The translations under genes were made by a program, and so were the position numbers. A stretch of 64,000 bases of DNA from an uncultured virus (IMG/VR IMGVR_UViG_3300008003_000324) (lineage: Duplodnaviria; Heunggongvirae; Uroviricota; Caudoviricetes). The DNA lies in the IMG/VR virus record IMGVR_UViG_3300008003_000324. One strand, given 5' to 3'. The notes under the pieces are model-generated. The model was not told the origin of the DNA and made no database searches. It saw nothing but the letters and a program-made list of their open reading frames with translations. Below, one piece after another: positions 17,401 to 27,188 of this stretch (the first letter of the stretch is position 1; every line of letters starts with the position of its first letter).

Positions 17401-19001
17401 CTCTCTTTTCTGGCAGAAGCCGGATAGTGTACAAACCTGTGATGTGTAATAGGGGATGCCAACAGGCATCCCGCTTTTATGTTCCCCGTCCTAATTTCTT
17501 TTTGGGTGTTTGTCATCAACCCGGCCTCATGAGAAATTTTGTGACCCATGAATACTTTTCGACTACCTTCTTTGGAAAACAAAATGGGCCAGTTGCAATA
17601 AAAAAACTCTCCCACCATATAAGGTAATCCCCTATAAGAGCCACCGTAAAACATTCTTGTTTTGTCGGCATCTACTTCATCATTCTCTAAATATGTCTGT
17701 TTTTCGTTCCCAGAAATATTGTGCCATGTCCAGTTTTTAAAGTTGTCACCAAAAAACTCACTAAAAGTGAGTTTTAAATAGTCTAACTGGTTTTCTTCTA
17801 GAATTGTAGTGGCCTTGTTAAAAAGATCGGAGTCTTTATTTTTGAAACCAGTTTTGCATATTCCATCTTTCTCGTTCATGACCATATCATCTTCAAAGAA
17901 AATCATGTAACGATGCTTTGATTCATTAAAGTGTTCTGCGGCGAATCTTCTACCACCAGTGATTCCAATGTTATCAAACTTGAACTGGTGAACGTTGTAT
18001 TTTTCACACAGTTTGGAATAGGCGGAATCGTGCTTACGATCTGTAGAATTGTTGATCAAATACTTCTTACTCTCTCCGAAGAATCTCTTGAACGTTCTAT
18101 CAAATATCTCAAACTGCTTTTCGATTTGCTCTGGTGCGTTAAAGGTTAAAAAGTACAGGGCCATGTCTTCGGATTCTGATATCTCTATCTTTTTGAGGTC
18201 TTCAAAGAACTTGTATATCAACCCATTCGGCTCAATCATCTCTACGTTGAATAAATCCTTGTTTGTGTATGAGATAATAGTGAATACACTTTCCTCCGTC
18301 CCCATGTAGCCATTTTCTAGGGTGGTTTGGAGCATATGATAATAAACCCCGTTAACTCGCTCTATGGAGGTCTTAGAGCCTCCAAAAAAGCCTCCACGAC
18401 AAACATACTTCGTATCGGTACCGGCGTATTTGTCCATTCCTGACTTTTTAAAACCGTGGACCTCGATTTGTCCGTCATACGGGAAAGCCAGATATAGCAT
18501 TTTATTGTTCTGAACTTTTCGTATTAAACGCTGTTCGAAATGTGGTTCATCGAAATAACCAAGATTTAAAGTGTTTGAAATTCCAGCATCTATCCAGAAA
18601 AAATAGTCCGCGTTGAAATGATTCCATATAGCAGAATCATTGAGCATGAATTGCTTACTCATTACTAAAGGGTTGTAATTTTCCAATTTTGCTTGTGGAC
18701 TATTTTCTAACCATCGTGCCTGTTTATACCAACTCGGATTGCTTCTAACCTGTTCTATCTGTTTTTTGAAAGAACTTTCTACGGGTTTTATAACAATATG
18801 GGTGTTAGATTTATTCCTGTACTTCCAAATAAAGTCTTCTAATTTTTTTTCACAAAATATCACCAAGTTTATGTCTTTTTCCAGAAGTTTCTTAAAAGAA
18901 TTTAAATAATGTTCCATATTTCTAGAAAATGACTCATTTAATTTGTCTCTTCCTAAATCATAAAGAGCCGTTACGTATGTTATGTTTGGTTTGGTACCCA
19001 T
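17397..19001 (-). CDS. HtrL/YibB-like glycosyltransferase fused to a GT2-like domain
   Basis: N-half VTALYDLGR...SK...FFWIDAG...GGFFGG; C-half NIGITGGR...IFFEDD. Confidence 0.7.
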   Translation of the reverse strand: MGTKPNITYVTALYDLGRDKLNESFSRNMEHYLNSFKKLLEKDINLVIFCEKKLEDFIWKYRNKSNTHIVIKPVESSFKKQIEQVRSNPSWYKQARWLENSPQAKLENYNPLVMSKQFMLNDSAIWNHFNADYFFWIDAGISNTLNLGYFDEPHFEQRLIRKVQNNKMLYLAFPYDGQIEVHGFKKSGMDKYAGTDTKYVCRGGFFGGSKTSIERVNGVYYHMLQTTLENGYMGTEESVFTIISYTNKDLFNVEMIEPNGLIYKFFEDLKKIEISESEDMALYFLTFNAPEQIEKQFEIFDRTFKRFFGESKKYLINNSTDRKHDSAYSKLCEKYNVHQFKFDNIGITGGRRFAAEHFNESKHRYMIFFEDDMVMNEKDGICKTGFKNKDSDLFNKATTILEENQLDYLKLTFSEFFGDNFKNWTWHNISGNEKQTYLENDEVDADKTRMFYGGSYRGLPYMVGEFFYCNWPILFSKEGSRKVFMGHKISHEAGLMTNTQKEIRTGNIKAGCLLASPITHHRFVHYPASARKES

Positions 19002-19003
19002 AA

Positions 19004-19801
19004 TTAGTTCTCTGAATAATAGTTACAACCCAATTCCGCCAAAAAAGGACAGCTATCCATTATAGTATCTGACCGCATATTTATTTGATTTGGACTCGGT
19101 GACCAGAATCTTTCTACGCTATCTAAATCAGCAACCGTACAATATTCTAAAACTTCATCCACATTAGAATCTTCAAATTCTGGCCACACCGAATAGTAAT
19201 CTTGGAATTTGATGTTATCTCCCATCAAACGATTATCATAATGATATGCTATGGCCGGAATTCCATATGCATGTGCAGTAATCAATCCATGTAGGCTAGT
19301 ACTTATTATTCTCTCGCATAAATTGACCTGATCTATATAATTTTCGAAATTTTTACCGTAACGGGTACTCGGATCAATTATGTGATAATCTTTTTTTAGC
19401 TCTTTAACTTCTTCAACTATTCGATCAAAATGTATTTGGTGTGGTATTAAACCTACTTCGTATTTTTTATTTTTGTTACTCGGCTTGTAAAACTTGGACA
19501 GTGCTATAGCCGGGTCCCCCAAGGGTACGTCTTTTCTTATCTTGTTTGCGGAGTGTTTACCCCTAACTAAAAAAAATATTCCATCTGGTTCTACATTTGT
19601 CGAAGCACTTATTATTCCGCTACCCCCAACCATTGTATTCCGCTTAGTACCAACTCCCAATATGGAGCCTGTGGAAATTACTTTATATTCCTCGTTGTGA
19701 TCTACTCGTTGAAAGGGTATTCCCATTTTATTAAGCATATATGGAAAAACACAATCCCCGAAATTAGAACCTGTAACATAGTTGACTTTCAAAACTCTCA
19801 T
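19004..19801 (-). CDS. polysaccharide pyruvyl transferase (ExoV-like)
   Basis: NFGD, GSIL, VRG, GDPA, G.IPH, STSLHGLI.AHAYGIP, KF.DYY. ATG 19801 likely (track: 19867). Confidence 0.85.
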   Translation of the reverse strand: MRVLKVNYVTGSNFGDCVFPYMLNKMGIPFQRVDHNEEYKVISTGSILGVGTKRNTMVGGSGIISASTNVEPDGIFFLVRGKHSANKIRKDVPLGDPAIALSKFYKPSNKNKKYEVGLIPHQIHFDRIVEEVKELKKDYHIIDPSTRYGKNFENYIDQVNLCERIISTSLHGLITAHAYGIPAIAYHYDNRLMGDNIKFQDYYSVWPEFEDSNVDEVLEYCTVADLDSVERFWSPSPNQINMRSDTIMDSCPFLAELGCNYYSEN

Positions 19802-19911
19802 GTTTGTACTTATTACCCCTACAATCGCATATTGCAATATTCTAGCATGTTTTCCACCCGAGAACACTATTTCAATTGAAGTAGAATTATTTCACCCCAA
19901 CGTGTTAATTT

Positions 19912-21306
19912 CTAAACATCTTTTTTTACTTTACCCAACCAACCCCTGCTTTTACTATGTGGCCACAATGTATAGCTTTTAGGTATTCTGGTAGATACAA
20001 ATATAAACCGGTAGTCAATCCAACCATTGTCTGAATTTATGTGTCTTTTAAATTCATTAGAACTTAAATCTTTTCGCTGAATTTCTACTTCACCAGAATC
20101 GTGTGCTCCCACATAACAGAAATCTATGTCGTCTATAAGTTTACCATCCTCAAAACATTTTGGAAACTCGTTTTTATGGACACATATTCTGATGTCGTTG
20201 GATCGAGCAAAAGAGTTCTTCCACTCTTCTTCTGTCTCATACGGGTAATTCACTGGGGGTTCAGTCTGATCTAATGTCGCTTGCTGGACCCCCCGGTATT
20301 CGAAGCTAATACCCGCATACTCTTCATATTCTCGAACAGTTCTTTCTGCCCCGAATCCATACTTTCCAAAATCAATTTGATTAGGGTTTTCTCCATCCAT
20401 CCCAAATAAGATTTTATTCCTCTTGTGACAAAGTTCATTCCGCTCTACCCAGTCTTTTTCAATCACACCCGTTTTCTTCATGTCGGTGGTATGATCGTCC
20501 CAGACCTTGGTTCTTCCCTTTCGAGTATATTCGTGCCATGCTACGATTTTATGTGGCGTGTATAGATCATAACCATGAGTGAACGCCCTAGCCGCGATAG
20601 ATATTTCTTCCCCGTGGAAGAAGTATTCGGGATCATGTTGAACATCAACTGCAAAGCTCCCATCCGCAAAGGCAAAATGGCCCGAATAGAATCTAGCCCT
20701 GATAGGTTCTTTCTTCTCTTTCCAATCCTTCATCTCGGATGGAATGAAGAATACTGGACTCTCTGGGATAAAGCGATCAAAGTTGGTTTGCCACGGAACT
20801 TGTACTCTTCCTTCCGGGTCTTTCTCCGGATTATAAGAAGGAATGTATCCGGTAAGAACCGGCTTTTTAGAATGTTTTTTGCACTGGTTTAGCATGTTAA
20901 TTAGAATAGTGTCCCAACCCTCAACGAACCTGTGATGGGAATCGAGTTGAAGAGTGTAGATTTCATCAACATAGTGTTGTTGTATCATGTGTCTAGCCCA
21001 ACATGCACCCCGTGCCAAAGTGTAATCAACGTCAATAAAGTCGATGACTGCACCCCGCAATTCCGTTCTTAGAACATGGAAATCTGTCACAGTTCCGTCA
21101 ACCTCTGCGTGATGGTATGTTAGTACCTCGGTTATCTCTATTCCGGCGTCAAGAAAGTCTTCCGTGGCTTGTTCCTCACCATGCTGCCAGCATACTACTA
21201 TCTTAAGGTTCTCCGGCCTGTCTGCCTGTTTGGTTATGTCGATTAGAGTGGGTATTAATTCAGGATCACGATAGCTTGCTATTTGGACGAAGATTGTTTC
21301 TTTCAT
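19912..21306 (-). CDS. GT60-like polypeptide GlcNAc transferase (Gnt1-like)
   Basis: IFVQIASYRDPEL, ARGACWAR, LQLDSHHRF..GWD, FHGEEI..AARAFTHGYD. Confidence 0.85.
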   Translation of the reverse strand: MKETIFVQIASYRDPELIPTLIDITKQADRPENLKIVVCWQHGEEQATEDFLDAGIEITEVLTYHHAEVDGTVTDFHVLRTELRGAVIDFIDVDYTLARGACWARHMIQQHYVDEIYTLQLDSHHRFVEGWDTILINMLNQCKKHSKKPVLTGYIPSYNPEKDPEGRVQVPWQTNFDRFIPESPVFFIPSEMKDWKEKKEPIRARFYSGHFAFADGSFAVDVQHDPEYFFHGEEISIAARAFTHGYDLYTPHKIVAWHEYTRKGRTKVWDDHTTDMKKTGVIEKDWVERNELCHKRNKILFGMDGENPNQIDFGKYGFGAERTVREYEEYAGISFEYRGVQQATLDQTEPPVNYPYETEEEWKNSFARSNDIRICVHKNEFPKCFEDGKLIDDIDFCYVGAHDSGEVEIQRKDLSSNEFKRHINSDNGWIDYRFIFVSTRIPKSYTLWPHSKSRGWLGKVKKDV

Positions 21307-21343
21307 GTCTTGCCTTTACAGTATATTTCTTATTTATTTAGGC

Positions 21344-21370
21344 AAAAAAAGAGAGGGCGAAAGCCCTCTC
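21344..21370 (-). terminator. intrinsic terminator
   Basis: Minus strand GAGAGGGC-TTTC-GCCCTCTC-T7. Confidence 0.88.
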
Positions 21371-21404
21371 TCTCATCTAACCCCCGAGGCAGTGGAGGTA
21401 TATT

Positions 21405-21848
21405 TTAGGAGTTAGACGACTTCTTGGGTCTTCCCGGACTCTTTTTCGAAGTAGAGGTTGAAGCTGAAGCCGCCTCAGTATTTTTGGAAGATTCCTGTAC
21501 CTTTTGCGGCGGTCTCTGTTGAACTATAGGCCGACGCATACCCTGTCTTGCAGAAGAAGGTGGGATGATCTGACCGGACGCCGTTCTAACCTGTACTAAC
21601 TGGTGGAAATACTCCAGAGCATTAACACCATTTTTAAGGGTGGTCTGTGCCATCAAATCCCATAGGGGGTATTGGTCCGCGTTTCGCTTAGAAAGAATCT
21701 GACGCATTCTACTTCTGTCTATTCTATCAAGATCTTCTTCCTTGATGAAGTAAACGTCTCCATTGCTTTCTTCTTCCTTGACGATTACCACGTTGTATCC
21801 AATTCCGTTACCATATAGGTCCATAGAAACGTAATGTCTGTATTTCAT
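21405..21848 (-). CDS. hypothetical phage protein with basic C-terminal tail
   Basis: AGGAG Shine-Dalgarno, ACTAAATA upstream, terminator downstream. Confidence 0.75.
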   Translation of the reverse strand: MKYRHYVSMDLYGNGIGYNVVIVKEEESNGDVYFIKEEDLDRIDRSRMRQILSKRNADQYPLWDLMAQTTLKNGVNALEYFHQLVQVRTASGQIIPPSSARQGMRRPIVQQRPPQKVQESSKNTEAASASTSTSKKSPGRPKKSSNS

Positions 21849-21910
21849 GTTCTTTAACTCCTTTTAAATAGTTCCAGTGAACAATTTTGAATTTCACGAT
21901 TATTTAGTAC

Positions 21911-21939
21911 TTGAAAAAAAGCGTGAAATTTGGTATACT
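21911..21939 (+). promoter_or_regulatory. sigma70-type promoter for the Nudix gene
   Basis: TTGAAA-N17-TATACT with extended -10 TG. Confidence 0.7.
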
Positions 21940-21962
21940 ACTTTTTACATTAGGAGAAATTT

Positions 21963-22418
21963 ATGAAACAAAAAATATACAGAGCCGGGATGATTCCGTT
22001 CTTTGTCCAAGAAGATGGGACTGTTTTAATGAACTTTATGGTTCCCAGTGATCAAACTTACGGTGGTAGTGATCCTCAGTTTTGCAAAGGTAGAATAGAA
22101 AATGGAGAAAACCACGAAGATGCCGCAGTGCGCGAGGCTGAAGAAGAATTGGGACTAAAAGAAAGTAACGTATTGTGGTATTATTATTTAGGTGAATTCT
22201 TGGGAAGAACCCATTTGTACATATGTGAAGTTGAAGACATCAATGATTTTAATAAGCCACATTATGAAACAGAAAGTACCCATTGGTTGACTTTAGAGCA
22301 GTTTCAAGAAATAGGCAGGGTTTTACACAGACCTATCATCAGAGAAGCTCATTCCGCTTTTGTGCAAATTAAGAAGAACGAAAACTCAGATGAATATGAA
22401 GAAATCGAAACCCATTAA
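21963..22418 (+). CDS. Nudix hydrolase
   Basis: Nudix box KGRIENGE....AAVREAEEELG; AGGAGA Shine-Dalgarno. Confidence 0.9.
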   Translation: MKQKIYRAGMIPFFVQEDGTVLMNFMVPSDQTYGGSDPQFCKGRIENGENHEDAAVREAEEELGLKESNVLWYYYLGEFLGRTHLYICEVEDINDFNKPHYETESTHWLTLEQFQEIGRVLHRPIIREAHSAFVQIKKNENSDEYEEIETH

Positions 22419-23188
22419 TTGAAACTATTAATAGGTACTTCCACAAGTTCAAGAGACACCTCGGAAAGAAAAGCTCCGGGGTTTCTTATTAAGTACTCGT
22501 CGGGTCTTCCACTACCATAAAACTGCTCTCCGTGAGTGTCGACAACATCCACCCAATCAAAATCTTCATGCATCTCATAAATTTTTAAAACCTTAAAGTC
22601 TTCGTCTCGTAAAGTGTTTATGACAGAAATTGTAGTACCAAAAGCGTACACATTGTAAAACGCTGGATTTGGGTATTGTGCAATATAGAAATATTGTTGT
22701 CTTTCTTGTATATGATCTAGCCGATGATTTATTCTGGTTCCTAGAAAATCGGTCCAAGTAAACCACTCACCAGTCTTTTTGTAATGGATATCTGGTCTCG
22801 CGGGGATGTCTTCCGGCTTTTGTCCGGTCTTGCAGAAAGCATGCCATTGTACCAAGGAGGTAAATCCTAAATGATGGGCGTATGTTTTAGCATCTTCATA
22901 GGGTCTAAATTTCTTAGTGCGATACTGTGGAACTGATTCGTTGTAGTTTCCCAAATAGTACCCCCACCCCTTCCATTCTTTGAGGTACGCCCTATCCGGT
23001 CTCTTGGGTATTCTGGCCGGGGCATGGAACTCATACCATTTCAGATAATCTCGAAATGACTGGATGTTTTCTTGGCGAACAAGAGCCACGGCATCCTCAA
23101 AAGGCATACATATTTTGGGCCTTCCGGGTGTACCCTTCTTCTTTTTCTTTCTGGGTCTTCCCCTAGGATTCTTGGATTTCTTGGGCAT
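22415..23188 (-). CDS. putative DNA-binding protein with AT-hooks and two integrase-repeat-like units
   Basis: PRGRPR and PGRPK, then two copies of P(F/Y)EDA...W....P..IP.RPD..Y....W..W..(Y/F)LG. Confidence 0.6.
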   Translation of the reverse strand: MPKKSKNPRGRPRKKKKKGTPGRPKICMPFEDAVALVRQENIQSFRDYLKWYEFHAPARIPKRPDRAYLKEWKGWGYYLGNYNESVPQYRTKKFRPYEDAKTYAHHLGFTSLVQWHAFCKTGQKPEDIPARPDIHYKKTGEWFTWTDFLGTRINHRLDHIQERQQYFYIAQYPNPAFYNVYAFGTTISVINTLRDEDFKVLKIYEMHEDFDWVDVVDTHGEQFYGSGRPDEYLIRNPGAFLSEVSLELVEVPINSFN

Positions 23189-23222
23189 TCAAAATAAATA
23201 CTACAACTGAGGATATTTATCC

Positions 23223-23678
23223 ATGCAAAAAATAACCGATTTCATCTTAGACTTTGCCAAAGCCTTTGATTCTTTGAGGATAATTCCAAGAATCTTGTTA
23301 TTCATGTATGGCGTCTTAGTATACAACATGTACCAGTGGTACAAATCTATTAGTCTTTTTGAAGAAACCCGTTGTGATAACAACATCTTGAAAACGCTAA
23401 TAGATGCAGAGATAGACCCAGTACAAGCCACAGAGATGGCCTGTACCGTCATTGCAGTTGTAGGAGGTCCGACCGTCTCGCAAACCAGCTTCGTAACCAT
23501 TATCGTAGGACTGTCTACTGCCGTCATCGGCCTTTACCTAAATTCCGGACCCAAATGGAGCTTCACGAAAAGTAAAAGCGATTATTATCAACCAGAATCA
23601 GATCAGCGTTCGGTTAGACCCGAAAATGAACAAAATTGGTTTGGTGGCGGCGAAACCAGAAGAAAAGACGGCGAATAG
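23223..23678 (+). CDS. membrane protein with two TM helices (holin candidate)
   Basis: Hydrophobic segments IIPRILLFMYGVLVY and FVTIIVGLSTAVIGLYL. Confidence 0.55.
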   Translation: MQKITDFILDFAKAFDSLRIIPRILLFMYGVLVYNMYQWYKSISLFEETRCDNNILKTLIDAEIDPVQATEMACTVIAVVGGPTVSQTSFVTIIVGLSTAVIGLYLNSGPKWSFTKSKSDYYQPESDQRSVRPENEQNWFGGGETRRKDGE

Positions 23679-23681
23679 ATG

Positions 23682-24644
23682 CTAATACGGTTTATTGGCT
23701 AGAGTATCTGTGATTCTGGTCATCGAAGAAATGACATTTTTCATGTCGTTTTTTCCCAGATATCTCAAAAAGTATGGTATACTCATTTTTTTCTTAGAAC
23801 ACAGTTCTCGTTCAATTTCATCAAATATCTCTTCTTTGATTTCATCAGGTTGCGATTCGAGATCCAGTAGCAAACGGTTTTCTTCAAAAAGGTCTCTTAC
23901 TTTGAACTTCACGTTTGTGTATTCTTCCTTGTGTTCGTCATAAATGGTTTCCTCAAACTCATGTTCCATCAAATTCTGCATTTTGTAATCATCATAAAAA
24001 GCTTCTACGAGTTTTTTTCTTTGAAGCCTCGGATAACTAGACCGAACATTGTCTTTGCTGTCACCACGGATGCACTTTTCAAAAATGTATAAGTCGGGGT
24101 CATTGTTGAAATCTTTTAGACTTCTTTTTTTTCCGTTTTTTAGTGGGTTTACAATTTCGACATTTTCGTGTCTGAGAAGTTGGATATAGTCTTTGTCTGA
24201 AGAAACCAACTTGAGTTCAACCCCCGGCTGGCCCCCATAAATTTGACAAACCCCACCCACGAAATCATCGCATTCGATCCCGTCTTTACACAAAACAAAC
24301 AGTTTAGTGTTATTTCTGAGGGCGGCTGCAAGTTCGTCTATTTTCTGGTCCAAGTATATTTTAATTTCTTTCTCTTTCTTAGACAATTTTTTTGTACGGT
24401 TCTCTTTGTAGACTTTATTGGTTATGGCCGCTGTTGTCTTTGTATATTTTTTTCTCCAATTTGACAGAGAATCAAAACACAGAATGATCGTGGTTGGTTT
24501 ATAATTCATTCTCAGATAATTTAGCCGTAAAATGAATTGAGATATAGCAAGATCGACAGCCGCCTTTCCACCGTCAAAACCCTTATTGTTGTGAAATTCG
24601 ATATGTATGAGGTTGTTAGAATCAACCACTAAGAGACGGTTCAC
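23682..24644 (-). CDS. rnh: T4 RNase H-like 5'-3' exonuclease
   Basis: LLVVDSNN, NWRK...YK.NR, ECDD, SSDKDYIQL, GDSKDNV. Confidence 0.88.
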   Translation of the reverse strand: MNRLLVVDSNNLIHIEFHNNKGFDGGKAAVDLAISQFILRLNYLRMNYKPTTIILCFDSLSNWRKKYTKTTAAITNKVYKENRTKKLSKKEKEIKIYLDQKIDELAAALRNNTKLFVLCKDGIECDDFVGGVCQIYGGQPGVELKLVSSDKDYIQLLRHENVEIVNPLKNGKKRSLKDFNNDPDLYIFEKCIRGDSKDNVRSSYPRLQRKKLVEAFYDDYKMQNLMEHEFEETIYDEHKEEYTNVKFKVRDLFEENRLLLDLESQPDEIKEEIFDEIERELCSKKKMSIPYFLRYLGKNDMKNVISSMTRITDTLANKPY

Positions 24645-25045
24645 GCGTTCTTGATCCCTTCTAAATCTTCGTGTGACATGACCTCTCCATGCTCCCCAAC
24701 CAGTTTGGAGAAGTACGCAGAAATTAAATCTTCCTCAGATTGGGCATTGAACCCCATTCTTCTAAGCTCTTGAATCATAGCCTTGTTCCAATCAAATTTG
24801 ACTTTGACTCTTCCGTCAGAGGTGAGTTCAGTCATAAAGTCCGCCCACGGTTCGTCTGAATCTTTCATGATTCTTTTGTTCTCTTCATACTTCCTGTAAC
24901 CTTCCATCTGAGAGTTGATGCCTTCCAAAATGTCACTCATTTCGCCGAAATTGGATTCGAGTTCTTGTGTCATGCATATTAAATCTGTTTCTAGTGCTTC
25001 GATTTTCTCTTCTAGTGCTTCGATTTTCTTTTTATTACCAAACAT
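24641..25045 (-). CDS. hypothetical protein
   Basis: 134-aa ORF within the replication operon, 4-nt overlap with rnh. Confidence 0.7.
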   Translation of the reverse strand: MFGNKKKIEALEEKIEALETDLICMTQELESNFGEMSDILEGINSQMEGYRKYEENKRIMKDSDEPWADFMTELTSDGRVKVKFDWNKAMIQELRRMGFNAQSEEDLISAYFSKLVGEHGEVMSHEDLEGIKNA

Positions 25046-25065
25046 AATTATTCACCTTTGTAATT

Positions 25066-25806
25066 TTAGTCTACGCCCGGAAATATGTATACGCTCAACC
25101 CGGATATGTTCAAACACATGACACCTTTCCTAGAAATTCTTATTTCTGATTCTTGACTTACTGCTTGTGTGAGTAAGGGAATAAGAATTTTGAATATGTA
25201 CGAGAATTTCATTTCTTCTTCCGCATCATCGTTTAACACATTTAATTCTGCATCCAGTTCTTTTTTTAGAACATCACCCTCTACGTCTACTATACGAACG
25301 GAAATGGTTTCTCCGTCTTCCGACGAAACCTCAAAATGATCCGCACCCATTGCACTCAAACCTCTTTTCAAAATGGCAAGTTCCTCTTTATCCAAGGTAA
25401 ATTGATAGTCAATTGGGTCGTTAAACTTTTTGGGCCACCGGTTTCGTGCAACGATAGAAGGATTACCACAGCGAACTTCTACCGAAGTCTTACCACCTTT
25501 CAAAATTGCCTTTGTAACAAAATGATCGCCAGCGTCATTTTCTTTGGTTTCCACAAAAATGTCAAAGTCTATATTAGAGGCTTCGAACATCTTTATTCTA
25601 GGTGCAAAGGAATCTACTCTATTCATAAACATTTCGTCAAATTCCAAATAATCAAAGTCTCCCGGCTCGATAACATAGACCGCAAAATCATCTTGTTTTG
25701 CTCTTATGCCTTTTTTATCGATCATTACCGCTTCGATCTTTACCATATTACAGTATTTGGCGGCAGCGACAACAATGTTCTTGCTGTCTTCTGATAATTT
25801 TATCAT
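25066..25806 (-). CDS. DNA polymerase sliding clamp (gp45-like)
   Basis: 246 aa, acidic alpha/beta pattern, between PolB and RNase H; upstream TTGAAT-N17-TATACT promoter. Confidence 0.6.
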   Translation of the reverse strand: MIKLSEDSKNIVVAAAKYCNMVKIEAVMIDKKGIRAKQDDFAVYVIEPGDFDYLEFDEMFMNRVDSFAPRIKMFEASNIDFDIFVETKENDAGDHFVTKAILKGGKTSVEVRCGNPSIVARNRWPKKFNDPIDYQFTLDKEELAILKRGLSAMGADHFEVSSEDGETISVRIVDVEGDVLKKELDAELNVLNDDAEEEMKFSYIFKILIPLLTQAVSQESEIRISRKGVMCLNISGLSVYIFPGVD

Positions 25807-25849
25807 CCATTATTTCCTTAATGTTTCTTAAAGTATAATACCTTGTGAT

Positions 25850-26800
25850 CTAAAATTCAATGAGTTCGTCCGCTAGTGTGTTTCTGCTGTTCGGCACAGC
25901 TTCGCCAATGGCATCTAATATGTTTTTAATGGGCTGGTCTACCAGAGATTTTATCTGGCGGTTTCTGTCAACATATGGAAGGAAATCTGTTAACCAATCT
26001 GGTCTAATTGTCATATCCGTTGGTAGTGCTATAGCATTAAACATTCCAAAGTTTTTCTTCTTGAGAAAATAAAACTTTTTAACTTTATCTCCGGATCGGA
26101 TAGGATACGATTCATGGTCCTCATAAGTTTTTAGGCACTCATTGTAAAGAATGGAAGCCCGGACCATGTGATACACTTTCTTCGGATCAGTTTTGAATAC
26201 CTGCGTACCCTCTTCGACATCGTTGACGCCGGAAGGAACCCCTATGTCAAAAATGTCCCCATCCCGCAAAGAATTCTTGTAGTCTACAATGTCCCTTTTG
26301 ATAACAATCCAACTTTCTCCCTTAAGAAATCTTTCGAAAAAATCCGTTAGTTTAATTCTAATGGCTTTGGGAATATTTGTCTTCTTGATCTGAAGACCCA
26401 TGACTTTCATTTTGTCAACCTCTTTACCATCTAATTCAACCAAGTGTAAAATGTAATGTTTCTTTTTGACAAATATTCCCCGGTCAGAAACAATTTCTTT
26501 TTCTGCGACGATGTAGTTCTCTCTACCACCAGTGCAGTTAAAAGCCTTTTTCATGTATTGAGGATAACTCTTATTGACCTTCTTACAAATTGCATCAGAT
26601 ACAGCAGATACCTCTTCCGCCGTGATGTCCTCTTCGCCTAAACCGGAATAGAAATAAACGCTATTGTGGACTAAAATGTCATTTGCCATAAAATATGGAA
26701 AGGCCGCATCCTTCATGACAACATCATAAACATATTGTTCTTCCGGATTATCAATTTTTGTTATATTTTTAATTTTTGATCTTATAATCTTCTTATCCAA
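25850..26800 (-). CDS. DNA polymerase B, C-terminal piece: split-intein C-half (46 aa) plus extein
   Basis: TTG at 26800 with AAGGAG 8 nt upstream; VYDVVM...FMANDILVHN|SVYF...KKKHY...KVMGLQIKK. Confidence 0.9.
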   Translation of the reverse strand: MDKKIIRSKIKNITKIDNPEEQYVYDVVMKDAAFPYFMANDILVHNSVYFYSGLGEEDITAEEVSAVSDAICKKVNKSYPQYMKKAFNCTGGRENYIVAEKEIVSDRGIFVKKKHYILHLVELDGKEVDKMKVMGLQIKKTNIPKAIRIKLTDFFERFLKGESWIVIKRDIVDYKNSLRDGDIFDIGVPSGVNDVEEGTQVFKTDPKKVYHMVRASILYNECLKTYEDHESYPIRSGDKVKKFYFLKKKNFGMFNAIALPTDMTIRPDWLTDFLPYVDRNRQIKSLVDQPIKNILDAIGEAVPNSRNTLADELIEF

Positions 26801-27188
26801 TCTACAGTCTCCTTTTATCAGTATCACGGTTGATAGTTATAAAAACATCATCATTTTTCAAGTCGTCGGGGGCTATTTCAATGAATTGACCGTCCCGCTC
26901 TACTACCAATGAGTGGTCTTCTGTCACTGTGACAATTTTTCCACATTCCAACTCAATGCGAAATAGTGGTTTACTTATTTTGTGTCTGTATATCGTAAGA
27001 ATTTCTTTATCAATTATTCTCTTAGTTTCTGGGTTGTAACATGGTGAATAATTGTTGTCTCCGTGCATCTTTATGATTTCTTTTTTGCCCTCCATATATG
27101 TACCGTATTTTGTCGAATGTTCTTTAAACCATTCTCCTACATTCTTAAATTCCCCATTGATTTCAATTACTGAAGATTCGACCACACT
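26663..27188 (-). mobile_element. split intein in PolB (IntN 26805-27188, IntC 26663-26800), no endonuclease
   Basis: YGDTD|SVVESS...VTEDHSLVV...stop; separate ORF ...HN|S. Confidence 0.9.
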
